A stretch of 64,000 nucleotides of DNA from Clostridia bacterium (GTDB lineage: Bacteria; Bacillota; Clostridia; Oscillospirales; CAG-272): NCBI GenBank assembly GCA_017961575.1, contig JAGCXA010000014.1, positions 17,980 to 81,979 of the forward strand, read 5' to 3'. Position 1 is the stretch's first letter. Every line of letters begins with the position of its first letter. Below are positions 42,103-50,501 of this stretch, in pieces. The notes under the pieces were generated by a model. That model made no database searches. It saw only the letters and a list, made by a program, of their open reading frames with translations, and was not told the origin of the DNA. Position numbers and translations under genes: made by a program.

Positions 42103-42144
42103 AAAAGAACCCCGCCCGGATGTCGGGCGGGGTTCTTTTTCTTT
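42103..42144. terminator. Bidirectional terminator between gdhA and comEC
   Basis: Perfect 12-bp stem gaaccccgcccg/cgggcggggttc with a 5-nt loop, flanked by ataaaa and tttttcttttt. Confidence 0.85.
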
Positions 42145-44331
42145 TTACGGGAGGAAACCGTCGGGGACCAACCGTTTCCGGCAGTAGGTTTTCAGATCCG
42201 GGGAGCCGCCGTCAAAGACGCAGGTCTTGTAAAACTCGCTTCCGGTGAAAACGGTCTTCACCGTTTCGGGGAGATCGAGTCGGAAAGAAAGGTACGGCGT
42301 CTCGCCGTGACACCCGAGAAAGACCGCCGTCGTTTTGTCGGGGAAGAGATCGTCGGTCGAATCGACCGGGACGTTCTCTCCGATATAGAGCAGACGGTCG
42401 TTTGCCGTTTTGAGCGAGATCATCAGCGGAACGGTCGGCGCGCCGTCGGTCGGCTCTGTCTTACGGAATTGCAGCGCGAAACCGATCGGCTCGCATTTGT
42501 CGGATACCGTAGAATAGTCGACCGATACCCGGTCGAGAAGCGAAACGAGCGCGTCGTACTCCCGTCGCTCGACGTTCTTCGGTTCGGTCAGAACGACCCG
42601 CCGGACGTAGACCGAGGAGAGCATGTCGCAAAAACCCTCCGCCGTTCCGGCGTCGTAGGAGGAGAAGACGTAGACGTCGACCTCCGACAGCCGAGCGGCT
42701 TTCAGTTCGTCTCGCAGCATGGGGAGGTTCCCGTCGGGCGTTCCAAGATCGACGCAGGCGGCGCGACGCCCGGAGCGCAGGACGATCAGATCGTCGTCGG
42801 ATCCGTCCGAGAGAAGCGCGATCCCGTTGCCTTTTTCGGGGAGAGCGAAGAGAAGAAACGCCGCGAGCGAGAGAACTCCGCAAACCGAGCAGAGGACGAT
42901 CCTCCGGCGTTTGGAGAGCGAGAGGAACGCGACGGCGAGCAGGGCAAGGAAGGGAAGCGCGCCCGCCGCGGTCAGGATCGGAGACGAGAACGAAAGGGCG
43001 GCGTGCGGAACCGACGCGATCCGGCGAAGAAGCGAAAGAAAGACGTCGCAGTAACGCGCGGCGAATGATCCGACGAACGGAAACGGGAGAACGAGTACGG
43101 CGACGGCAAGATACAGAAGCGCCTGGATCGGCAGGGAAAGAAGCAGGTTCGACGGGATCGAAAGAAGCGACAGTTCCCCGAAGAGCGCACAGGATACGGG
43201 AAGCGTGAAGAGAACGGCGAAGAGCGTCATCACGGCGTAGGAAGCGATCCGACGGGGAAGCAAGCGAAGGAACGTGCGTTTCTTTCGCGGAGCGCGGAAA
43301 AATTGCGCCGAGAGCAGGATCCCGAGCGTCGCGAGATACGAGAGCAGAAAGGAAACCGAAAAGATCAGATAAGGCGCGAAGAGGAGCATAACCGCGCCCG
43401 AGAGCGCAAGGGACGTGAGCGAATCGGGCTGGCGCTTCGCAAACCACGCCGCCTCGTAGAAGAAGAGCATCAGAGACGCGCGCAGAACCGACGGGGTAAA
43501 CCCGACGAGCGCGGCGTAGAAAAAGGCGAACAGAACGACGACGATCCCGACGGCGGGACGCGGAAGCCGAAGCCGCCGGAGCAAAAGTGAAAGCGCGGCG
43601 GAGAGGAATACGACGTGCATCCCGCTGACGGCAAGGGCGTGAGAGACGCCGGCGCGCCGGAACAGGATCCCTGCGCCGGTCGGAAGTTCGTCGGTCTCTC
43701 CGAGCAGGACCGCGACGAGAAGCCCTCCGTTTTCCCCCGCCACACGGGAGGACAGCGTCTCTTTGACCGACGACGCAAGCCAAAGAAACGGCGCGCGGAA
43801 ACTCGCCCGGTGTCCCGTGACAGCGACCTCTCCGGAGAGTTTCAGCCGCCCGCGGCATCCCTTGCCGTAAAGCCCGTTCCGGGCGTAAGCCGAGAGAGAA
43901 ACGACCGTTCCCTCTCCCGCGAGTTTGTCGCCCGGTTTGACCGCAAGACCGTCGGGAAGATCGACCGAAAGACGGCAAAAGAGTCGCCCGTCTTCGTCCT
44001 TCACGGATCCGACCGTCCAAACGTTCTTTTCCGCGTCGGTTATTTCAAGAGCGCAAAAGGAGTAGCGCGCCGTTTCATCGCGCCTTTTTTCGATCGCGCG
44101 GTCGGGAAGATCGGAGGAGAGAAATGAGAGTAAGGCGGCGAGCGAAAGAAGCAGAGCGGACGCGCCGAGAAGCGGGCGTCGCTTCTTCAAAAAGAACGGG
44201 ACGACGCCGAGAAGCAGCGCCATACCGAACAGGATCGCCTTCGCTGCGAGGGGAAGCACGGAAAGGAGAAAGAAGCCGGCAAAGAAAACGAAGAGCGCCG
44301 TCGCGAGCGGGCGCTTTTGCAGAAGGTTCAC
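42145..44331 (-). CDS. comEC: ComEC/Rec2 DNA internalisation channel protein with a degenerate C-terminal metallo-beta-lactamase-like domain
   Basis: 728 aa. N-terminal OB/DUF4131-like region and a competence-domain core (AGVSHALAVSGMHV). The C-terminal MBL-like region lacks the HxHxDH motif (FSSYDAGT at 42643-42666). Confidence 0.85.
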   Translation of the reverse strand: MNLLQKRPLATALFVFFAGFFLLSVLPLAAKAILFGMALLLGVVPFFLKKRRPLLGASALLLSLAALLSFLSSDLPDRAIEKRRDETARYSFCALEITDAEKNVWTVGSVKDEDGRLFCRLSVDLPDGLAVKPGDKLAGEGTVVSLSAYARNGLYGKGCRGRLKLSGEVAVTGHRASFRAPFLWLASSVKETLSSRVAGENGGLLVAVLLGETDELPTGAGILFRRAGVSHALAVSGMHVVFLSAALSLLLRRLRLPRPAVGIVVVLFAFFYAALVGFTPSVLRASLMLFFYEAAWFAKRQPDSLTSLALSGAVMLLFAPYLIFSVSFLLSYLATLGILLSAQFFRAPRKKRTFLRLLPRRIASYAVMTLFAVLFTLPVSCALFGELSLLSIPSNLLLSLPIQALLYLAVAVLVLPFPFVGSFAARYCDVFLSLLRRIASVPHAALSFSSPILTAAGALPFLALLAVAFLSLSKRRRIVLCSVCGVLSLAAFLLFALPEKGNGIALLSDGSDDDLIVLRSGRRAACVDLGTPDGNLPMLRDELKAARLSEVDVYVFSSYDAGTAEGFCDMLSSVYVRRVVLTEPKNVERREYDALVSLLDRVSVDYSTVSDKCEPIGFALQFRKTEPTDGAPTVPLMISLKTANDRLLYIGENVPVDSTDDLFPDKTTAVFLGCHGETPYLSFRLDLPETVKTVFTGSEFYKTCVFDGGSPDLKTYCRKRLVPDGFLP

Positions 44332-44434
44332 GGCGTTCTCCTTTCTCCCGAATGATAATACGACTGTATTCTACCATATTCGACAAAAAATGTCAAACGA
44401 AGAAAAGAGGTGAGGAGAAACGGGTTTGATTCGA

Positions 44435-44463
44435 TTGACAACCGAGGAGAAACGTGCTATAAT
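44435..44463 (+). promoter_or_regulatory. Perfect consensus sigma-A promoter upstream of the TerB/ATPase/helicase operon
   Basis: TTGACA (44435-44440), a 17-nt spacer, then TGcTATAAT (extended -10, TATAAT at 44458-44463). Confidence 0.7.
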
Positions 44464-44502
44464 AAAGTGATACGGAGAAAACGGCGGAAAGGGGGAAGCG
44501 CT

Positions 44503-46092
44503 ATGACCGACGAACGGGACCGATTCTGGGATCTGTCCGACCTGATCCCGAAAAAGAAAAAGCCGAGCGTCGCGCCTTTTTCCCACGCCGTTTCGTTTTC
44601 CGACGTGAAACCCGATTTTGACGCGGTGAACGACGGCATCGAGCCGATCGACGACCGAGGCGCGCTGACTTTTCCCCAGCTCCCCGCGCAGACGCGGGAG
44701 AGCGTTTCCTACGTTCCGACAAAGAACCGTTTGCTCTCGAACGTGACCGTGACGCGGTTTTCGGGCGGGTACCGGTTCTACGAGGAGTTCCGGCGCGACG
44801 CGCTCGCTGTGGCGAACCTGCCCGGTTTTCCCTGCGACTACGTTCCGTTCTATTCCTCTATGCCGCAGTACGCGCATCTCGACCCGGCGCAGAAACAGTA
44901 TTATCTGTGGTTCCGCGAGGCGGTAAAGCGCGGGGACGCGGTGCGCGCGGACGAGAGTTATCTTCGGCTTTTGATCTACGAGATCATCAATCTTCCCGAC
45001 GTGATCGAACCGAGCGACGGGGTCCTGCGGCTCATCACGCTCTGGCGGCTCTACCGCGAGCGTTTTCCGGGACTCAATATGCAGATGGCGGGATGGATCG
45101 CCGACTATTGCCTCGTGCATCGGCTCGCCTGTCCCACGGCGGAGCTCCGTCCGATCATGGATACCGTGATGAACGCCACCGATTTCCGCGAATTCTATCT
45201 CGGGGAGGCGGCGGAGGACGACGACGGCGGGATCGGCGCGCTGCTCTCCGCGCTCTCCGATTATCCGTACTCATCCGGGAAATACGCGACGGGAGAGCAC
45301 TCCGCGCTCTTCGGACGGCATATCCCGTCTTCGCTCTATCCGGTATTGAAGCGTCTGCTCGCAGAGGAAAAGTCCGAAAGGGACGGACGGATCAAACGGA
45401 CGCGGAAGGCGTTTATCGGCGCGCTCTGTTCCTACGCCGTGAAGTATGAGATCACGGTCGAATACCGTTCCTTCTCGGGTTCTCTTTCGCTCCGGCGACG
45501 GGTCACGGCGGCGGTCAAATACGCCGAGAACCGTCTTCGCTCGCTTTGCTCGATCCGCAGTCGGCTTGCCGTCTCCGGGCTCGACGATTGGGCGAAGGAC
45601 GAAATCGACGCCTATTTCGACCGACTTACTCTCACCTTGAAAAAAGAGAAGGAATATCGGGAGCGTCCAGCGTACGAAGCGCAGTACGACGCCGCCGACC
45701 GGACGATCTCTTTTTCTGGCGCCGACGAGATCGAACGCGAATCGTGGGAGAACGCCGAGCGGCTTGCCCCGCTCGAAGAAATACGGGAAACTCCGACGCG
45801 CGACGTCTCTGCGCCGTCGGTTCCGGACGAGACGCCGGACGGATCCGGCGGGGAAGAGATCGCGTTCTCTTCCGCGCAAAGGGCGTTCCTGTCGGCTCTG
45901 CTCACGGGGGATCGTGAGGCGGCAGCCCGCGCCGCGCGCGCGGCGGGTACGTCGCCCGACGGGATGGTCGAATCGCTCAACGAACGAGCGCTCGAAGAGT
46001 TCGGAGACGTCGTGATCGAAAGCACGGAAAACGGTTACGCCGTGATCGGGGATTATATGGAGGAGGTCGCCGGATGGACGGAAACGAAATAA
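44503..46092 (+). CDS. TerB-N / TerB-C domain protein (Shango TerB-component-like)
   Basis: ATG at 44503 follows GGGGGAAG and lies downstream of the promoter; the ORF-track ATG 44410 is upstream of it. TerB-N-like core YVPFYSSMPQYAHLDPAQKQYYLWFREAVKRG. TerB-C-like tail PDGMVESLNERALEEFGDVVIE. Confidence 0.75.
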   Translation: MTDERDRFWDLSDLIPKKKKPSVAPFSHAVSFSDVKPDFDAVNDGIEPIDDRGALTFPQLPAQTRESVSYVPTKNRLLSNVTVTRFSGGYRFYEEFRRDALAVANLPGFPCDYVPFYSSMPQYAHLDPAQKQYYLWFREAVKRGDAVRADESYLRLLIYEIINLPDVIEPSDGVLRLITLWRLYRERFPGLNMQMAGWIADYCLVHRLACPTAELRPIMDTVMNATDFREFYLGEAAEDDDGGIGALLSALSDYPYSSGKYATGEHSALFGRHIPSSLYPVLKRLLAEEKSERDGRIKRTRKAFIGALCSYAVKYEITVEYRSFSGSLSLRRRVTAAVKYAENRLRSLCSIRSRLAVSGLDDWAKDEIDAYFDRLTLTLKKEKEYRERPAYEAQYDAADRTISFSGADEIERESWENAERLAPLEEIRETPTRDVSAPSVPDETPDGSGGEEIAFSSAQRAFLSALLTGDREAAARAARAAGTSPDGMVESLNERALEEFGDVVIESTENGYAVIGDYMEEVAGWTETK

Positions 46093-47447
46093 AGGTGCCG
46101 AAGAGGATTCTGAACACTCTTTTGTCCTCTCTTGCCGCCGGGGTGGTGCCCCGGAGCGGCGCGCCCTATATCGCCATCGGAAGAAAGGAAGAGATCGCGT
46201 CGCTGCTCGGCAATCTCGACGAGGTTGACGAGGGGGGCGCGGCAGTCCGTTTTCTTATCGGACGGTACGGAAGCGGAAAGAGTTTTCTGATCCAATTGAT
46301 CCGCGGCTACGCCACCGATCGCGGATTTCTCTGCGCCGACGCCGACCTTTCGCCCGAGCGGCGGCTTTCGGGCGGCTCTGACGCAGGACTGTCCACCTAT
46401 CGCGAACTGATGAAGAACCTGTCGTCGAAGGCGTCGCCCGACGGCGGCGCGCTTCCGATCCTGCTCTCGCGCTATTACGCGACCTTACAGACGGATCTGC
46501 TCCGCGACGGTCTGACCCCGGAGGATCCCGGGTTCGTTTCCGGGATCGTCTCGTCGGTTTCCTCGATGCTTGACGAACTGGAAGGATACGTCGGCGGATT
46601 CGACTTCGCGCGCGTGCTCGCCGAATACTTCCGCGCGACGGCGGAGGACGACGGCGAACGGCGTTCCGCCTGCCTCAGATGGCTGCGCGGCGAGTTTTCG
46701 GGCAAGACCGAGGCGCGTTCCGCCCTCGGATTCCGCGTCGGATCGGTCATCGACGACGAAAACTGGTACGATTATCTGAAACTCTGGGCGATCCTTTCCC
46801 GCAAGATCGGGTATCGGGGACTCGTCGTGTTCATTGACGAGTGCGTGAATCTCTACAAGATCCCGAATCGGATCTCGCGCGAGGCAAACTACGAAAAATT
46901 GCTGTCGATCTTCAACGATACTTTGCAGGGACGCGCCAAATCGCTGTGTGTGATCTTCGGCGGAACTCCGCAGTTCCTTGAAGACACGCGCCGCGGTCTG
47001 TTCAGTTACGAGGCGCTCCGTTCGCGGCTTGCCGACGGACGGTTTTCGGAGGCGGGGTATCAGAACCTGTCCGCGCCGGTCATCCGTCTCCGCCGTCTCT
47101 CGGATAACGAACTGCTCGCCCTGATCCGTCGGCTGACCATCCTGTTTGAACAGAAGGAGGGGATCTCCGGCGTGATCTCGCCCGAACGGATGGAAACGTT
47201 TCTCCGCGTAACCCTTACGCGGGCGGGCGCCGACGAGATGGTGACGCCGCGCGAGATCATCCGCGACTACCTGACGCTGCTCTCGATCCTGCGCGACCAT
47301 CCCGACGCCGATTTTGACAAACTGATCGCGCCGACAGACCTTCCGCTTTCGTCCGAGGGCGAAGCGGACGCACCGCTGATCGGTTCGGAACCCGCCTCCG
47401 TCGGGGTGAAAAAACCGACGGTATCGGTCTTCGACCTTGACCTCTGA
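46074..47447 (+). CDS. DUF2791 / BrxD-like P-loop ATPase (Shango ATPase-component-like)
   Basis: The start overlaps the TerB gene end by 19 nt. N-terminal AAGVVPRSGAPYIAIGRKEEI, Walker A GRYGSGKS (46260-46283), Walker B LVVFIDE (46821-46841). Confidence 0.8.
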   Translation: MDGNEIKVPKRILNTLLSSLAAGVVPRSGAPYIAIGRKEEIASLLGNLDEVDEGGAAVRFLIGRYGSGKSFLIQLIRGYATDRGFLCADADLSPERRLSGGSDAGLSTYRELMKNLSSKASPDGGALPILLSRYYATLQTDLLRDGLTPEDPGFVSGIVSSVSSMLDELEGYVGGFDFARVLAEYFRATAEDDGERRSACLRWLRGEFSGKTEARSALGFRVGSVIDDENWYDYLKLWAILSRKIGYRGLVVFIDECVNLYKIPNRISREANYEKLLSIFNDTLQGRAKSLCVIFGGTPQFLEDTRRGLFSYEALRSRLADGRFSEAGYQNLSAPVIRLRRLSDNELLALIRRLTILFEQKEGISGVISPERMETFLRVTLTRAGADEMVTPREIIRDYLTLLSILRDHPDADFDKLIAPTDLPLSSEGEADAPLIGSEPASVGVKKPTVSVFDLDL

Positions 47448-47470
47448 ACAAAATCCGACGTGAAAGGGAG

Positions 47471-49732
47471 GTGTCTTTTGTGACCGAGGCGGATCGCCTG
47501 TTCGGGAGATTTCCCGATTTCATCAAGGAATTCATATACCGTCACGAGTGGACTCGCTTCCGCGACGTGCAACTGTCCGCCGCGAAGGTGCTCTTCGACT
47601 CCGACGACAACCTGCTCCTGTCCTCCTCGACGGCGTCGGGGAAGACCGAGGCGGTCTTTTTCCCGATCCTTTCCGAACTTTGTTCGGAAAACAAGGCGCC
47701 GAACGGCGTTTCGGTACTCTATATCGCCCCTCTGAAAAGTCTGATCAACGACCAGTTCGGGCGGATGGAGGAACTGCTTGACGCGAGCGGGATTCCGGTC
47801 TCGCGTTGGCACGGCGACGTCGGCGCGTCGCATAAGACCAAACTGCTGAAAGACCCGAAGGGGATCTTGCAGATCACGCCCGAATCGCTCGAAAGTATGC
47901 TGATGAACCGCTCGAACGATATTCCGCGCATCTTCGCGGGGCTTCGTTACGTCGTGCTGGACGAGATCCACACGATGATCGGTTCGGATCGGGGCAATCA
48001 GGTGATCTGTCTGCTCTGCCGGATGGCGCGTCTGATCGGTTCGTCGCCGCGACGCATCGGGCTTTCCGCGACGGTCGGCGATCTTGACGCCGCCGCCGAA
48101 TGGCTCGGAGCGGGGAGCGGACGGAACACGCAGGCGCCGCCCCCGCCGAAGTCGAAACTGCATTGGCGGCTCGGAATGGAGCATTTTTACTACCAGAATC
48201 CGAACGAGGAACAGCGCCCGCGCGCCGACGAAGCGGAAAAAGAAAAGCGATCCGGTGTCGCCGTGATCGACCCGGGATACGAATTTCTATACGATACCGT
48301 CAAGGACAAGAAGTGTCTCGTCTTCTCCAACTCGCGCGAGGAGACCGAGTACGTGACGGCGACCCTTCGTCAGATCGCGAAGAATCGGCGCGAGAACGAT
48401 ATTTTCCTCATCCATCACGGCAATCTGTCCGCCGCGCTCCGCGAGGACGCCGAGATGAAGATGAAGGACGAGGAGATCCGTCACGCCGTCACCTGCGCGA
48501 CGGTGACGATGGAACTCGGGATCGACATCGGTCGTTTGGAGCGCGTGGCGCAACTGAACGCGCCGACGACGGTCTCGTCCTTTCTGCAACGGCTCGGCCG
48601 TTCGGGACGGCGCGATCTGCCGCCCGAGATGATGATGGTCTTCCGCGAGGAATCGGCGCTTCCAAACACGCCTCTGCCCAAACTGATCCCGTGGGAACTG
48701 CTGCGCGGGATCGCGCTGGTGCAGCTCTACGCCGAGGAACGCTTCATCGAGCCGCCGTCAAAGAAGGAAATGCCGCTCAGTCTCGCGTTTCACCAGACGC
48801 TCAGCATCCTGTCTTCCGGCGGGGAACAAACCCCGAAGAATCTGGCGGAGCGCGTCCTGACCCTGCCGCCCCTGTCCAACATTCGTAAGGAGGATTACAG
48901 GGAACTGCTCGTTTCGATGATCAACCGCGAGTATCTTGAGTTTACCGAAGAAAAGACGCTGATCGTCGGACTTCGCGGCGAACGGTTGACCGGGAGTTTC
49001 AAGTTTTACGCCGTATTTCAGGACAGCGAGGACTTTACCGTCCGCTGCGGTTCGGACGAGATCGGCACCATCACGACGCCCCCTCCGGTCGGCGACCGAT
49101 TCGCGCTCGCCGGGCGCGTGTGGGAAGTGCTTGAAATCGAGGTCGAAAAGCACCTGATCTTCGTTAAGGGCGTCGACGGAAAGATGGAGATCTCCTGGCC
49201 GGGCGGCTTCGGAGAGATCCATACGCACGTTCTTGAAAAGATGCGCGACGTCCTGCTCGGCGACGCCGAATACCCCTACCTGATGCCGAACGCCGCCGAA
49301 CGGCTGGCGTCGGCGCGGAAACTCGCGAGAAGCACCGGGATGGACGAAAAACTCCTGATCCCGATCGGCGGGTCGTCCTACGTTCTGTTCCCGTGGCTCG
49401 GGACGCGCGCCTTCCGTACGGTCCGTCGGTATCTGGCGGCGAACGCCGGACAGTTCGGGATCTCCGACGTCTCGTCCGAGGGATGCTGTTTCATCACGTT
49501 CAAGGTGAAGGACGGAATGGGCGAAAAACTCGAAGCGACCCTGATCCGCAAACTGCAAAGCGAGGGGATCGACCCGCTGTCGCTCGTCGGGGAGGGGGAA
49601 TGCCCCGTTTTCGAGAAATACGACGACTGTCTGCCGCCCGAATTGCTCCGCCGGGCGTTCGCCCGCGACCGTCTTTCGCCCGACGAGGTGATCGCGCGGT
49701 TTTCACGGGAAGGGGGGTATTTCGGTGAGTGA
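47471..49732 (+). CDS. Lhr-like / BrxHI-like DEAD/DEAH-box SF2 helicase
   Basis: Motif I TASGKT (47630-47647), motif II DEIH (47960-47971), motif VI QRLGRSGRR, and an unassigned C-terminal region of ~320 aa. The start is GTG 47471 or, better spaced from GGGAGG, GTG 47480. Confidence 0.85.
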   Translation: MSFVTEADRLFGRFPDFIKEFIYRHEWTRFRDVQLSAAKVLFDSDDNLLLSSSTASGKTEAVFFPILSELCSENKAPNGVSVLYIAPLKSLINDQFGRMEELLDASGIPVSRWHGDVGASHKTKLLKDPKGILQITPESLESMLMNRSNDIPRIFAGLRYVVLDEIHTMIGSDRGNQVICLLCRMARLIGSSPRRIGLSATVGDLDAAAEWLGAGSGRNTQAPPPPKSKLHWRLGMEHFYYQNPNEEQRPRADEAEKEKRSGVAVIDPGYEFLYDTVKDKKCLVFSNSREETEYVTATLRQIAKNRRENDIFLIHHGNLSAALREDAEMKMKDEEIRHAVTCATVTMELGIDIGRLERVAQLNAPTTVSSFLQRLGRSGRRDLPPEMMMVFREESALPNTPLPKLIPWELLRGIALVQLYAEERFIEPPSKKEMPLSLAFHQTLSILSSGGEQTPKNLAERVLTLPPLSNIRKEDYRELLVSMINREYLEFTEEKTLIVGLRGERLTGSFKFYAVFQDSEDFTVRCGSDEIGTITTPPPVGDRFALAGRVWEVLEIEVEKHLIFVKGVDGKMEISWPGGFGEIHTHVLEKMRDVLLGDAEYPYLMPNAAERLASARKLARSTGMDEKLLIPIGGSSYVLFPWLGTRAFRTVRRYLAANAGQFGISDVSSEGCCFITFKVKDGMGEKLEATLIRKLQSEGIDPLSLVGEGECPVFEKYDDCLPPELLRRAFARDRLSPDEVIARFSREGGYFGE

Positions 49733-50489
49733 CATCTATTCGATCCTCGCGCCGTACTACGACGCCTGGAACGCCGAGATCGACTACGCCGCGTGGGCGG
49801 ACGGCGCGGAGGAATTCTTCCGCCGCTACGCGAAGGGGAAGGTCAGGGACGTGCTTGACCTTGCGTGCGGGACGGGGCGGATGACGGTAGAACTTGCGAA
49901 ACGCGGCTACGATATGATCGGGGTCGACCGCTCGCCCGAAATGCTCGACGCCGCCCGCGCGGCGGCGGAGAACGCCGGAGAAGAGGTCTCATCGCGGATC
50001 CTGTGGCTTTTGCAGGAGATGACTTCGTTCGAGCTTTACGGCACGGTCGACGCCGTGCTCTGCTGTCTCGACTCGGTCAATCATCTGACCGGGACGGGCG
50101 ACGTCGCGCGCTGCTTTTCGCTCGTACACAACTATCTGAACCCGGACGGGCTTTTCCTCTTCGACGTGAACGGCAAGCGCAAGTTCGAGTCGGTCTACGC
50201 CGAAAAGACCTATACCTACGACGCGCCCGGCGCCTACTGCGTCTGGGAGAACCGTTACCGTCGCGGACTGTGCGATTTTTCGATCACGCTGTTCCGGGAG
50301 GAAAAGAAGGGGATCTACCGCCGCTATGACGGGTTCGAGCGCGAGCGCCTCTATTCCTTGCGTACTCTGAAAAGGATCCTGGAAGAAAACGGCTTCGAGT
50401 GGCTCGGCGCCTATTCCGCGCCCTACGCGGGAGAGGTTTCCGGGGACGAAGAACGCTGGTATATCGCCGCGCGGGCGAAAAAGAACTGA
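49725..50489 (+). CDS. Class I SAM-dependent methyltransferase (Methyltransf_11/25-like)
   Basis: GTG start overlaps the helicase stop by 8 nt (GTGAGTGA). Motif I VLDLACGTGR, followed by MIGVDRSPEML. Target unknown. Confidence 0.8.
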   Translation: MSDIYSILAPYYDAWNAEIDYAAWADGAEEFFRRYAKGKVRDVLDLACGTGRMTVELAKRGYDMIGVDRSPEMLDAARAAAENAGEEVSSRILWLLQEMTSFELYGTVDAVLCCLDSVNHLTGTGDVARCFSLVHNYLNPDGLFLFDVNGKRKFESVYAEKTYTYDAPGAYCVWENRYRRGLCDFSITLFREEKKGIYRRYDGFERERLYSLRTLKRILEENGFEWLGAYSAPYAGEVSGDEERWYIAARAKKN

Positions 50490-50501
50490 AAGAGAATCAA
50501 G

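Noticed and set aside
42461-44020. 519-aa minus-strand alternate-frame ORF inside comEC
   Set aside because: It is on the same strand but a different frame from comEC and is extremely Arg/Ser/Pro-rich. The comEC frame gives a coherent polytopic membrane protein.
44410-44502. Upstream ATG (44410) offered by the ORF track for the TerB-domain gene. Similar N-terminal extensions appear at 3525, 21248, 21781, 33341, 35629, 36300 and 37208.
   Set aside because: The extensions lie inside the preceding gene or upstream of the promoter and encode Arg-rich junk. Internal starts have Shine-Dalgarno sequences, and the family-typical N-termini begin there.
44332-50501. Possibility that the TerB/ATPase/helicase locus is a mobile island or part of a BREX locus
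   Set aside because: No integrase, transposase, recombinase, tRNA target or flanking repeats were found by eye. No PglZ, PglX, BrxA, BrxB or BrxC genes occur anywhere in the window. I therefore treat it as a stand-alone triad rather than a BREX or mobile element.
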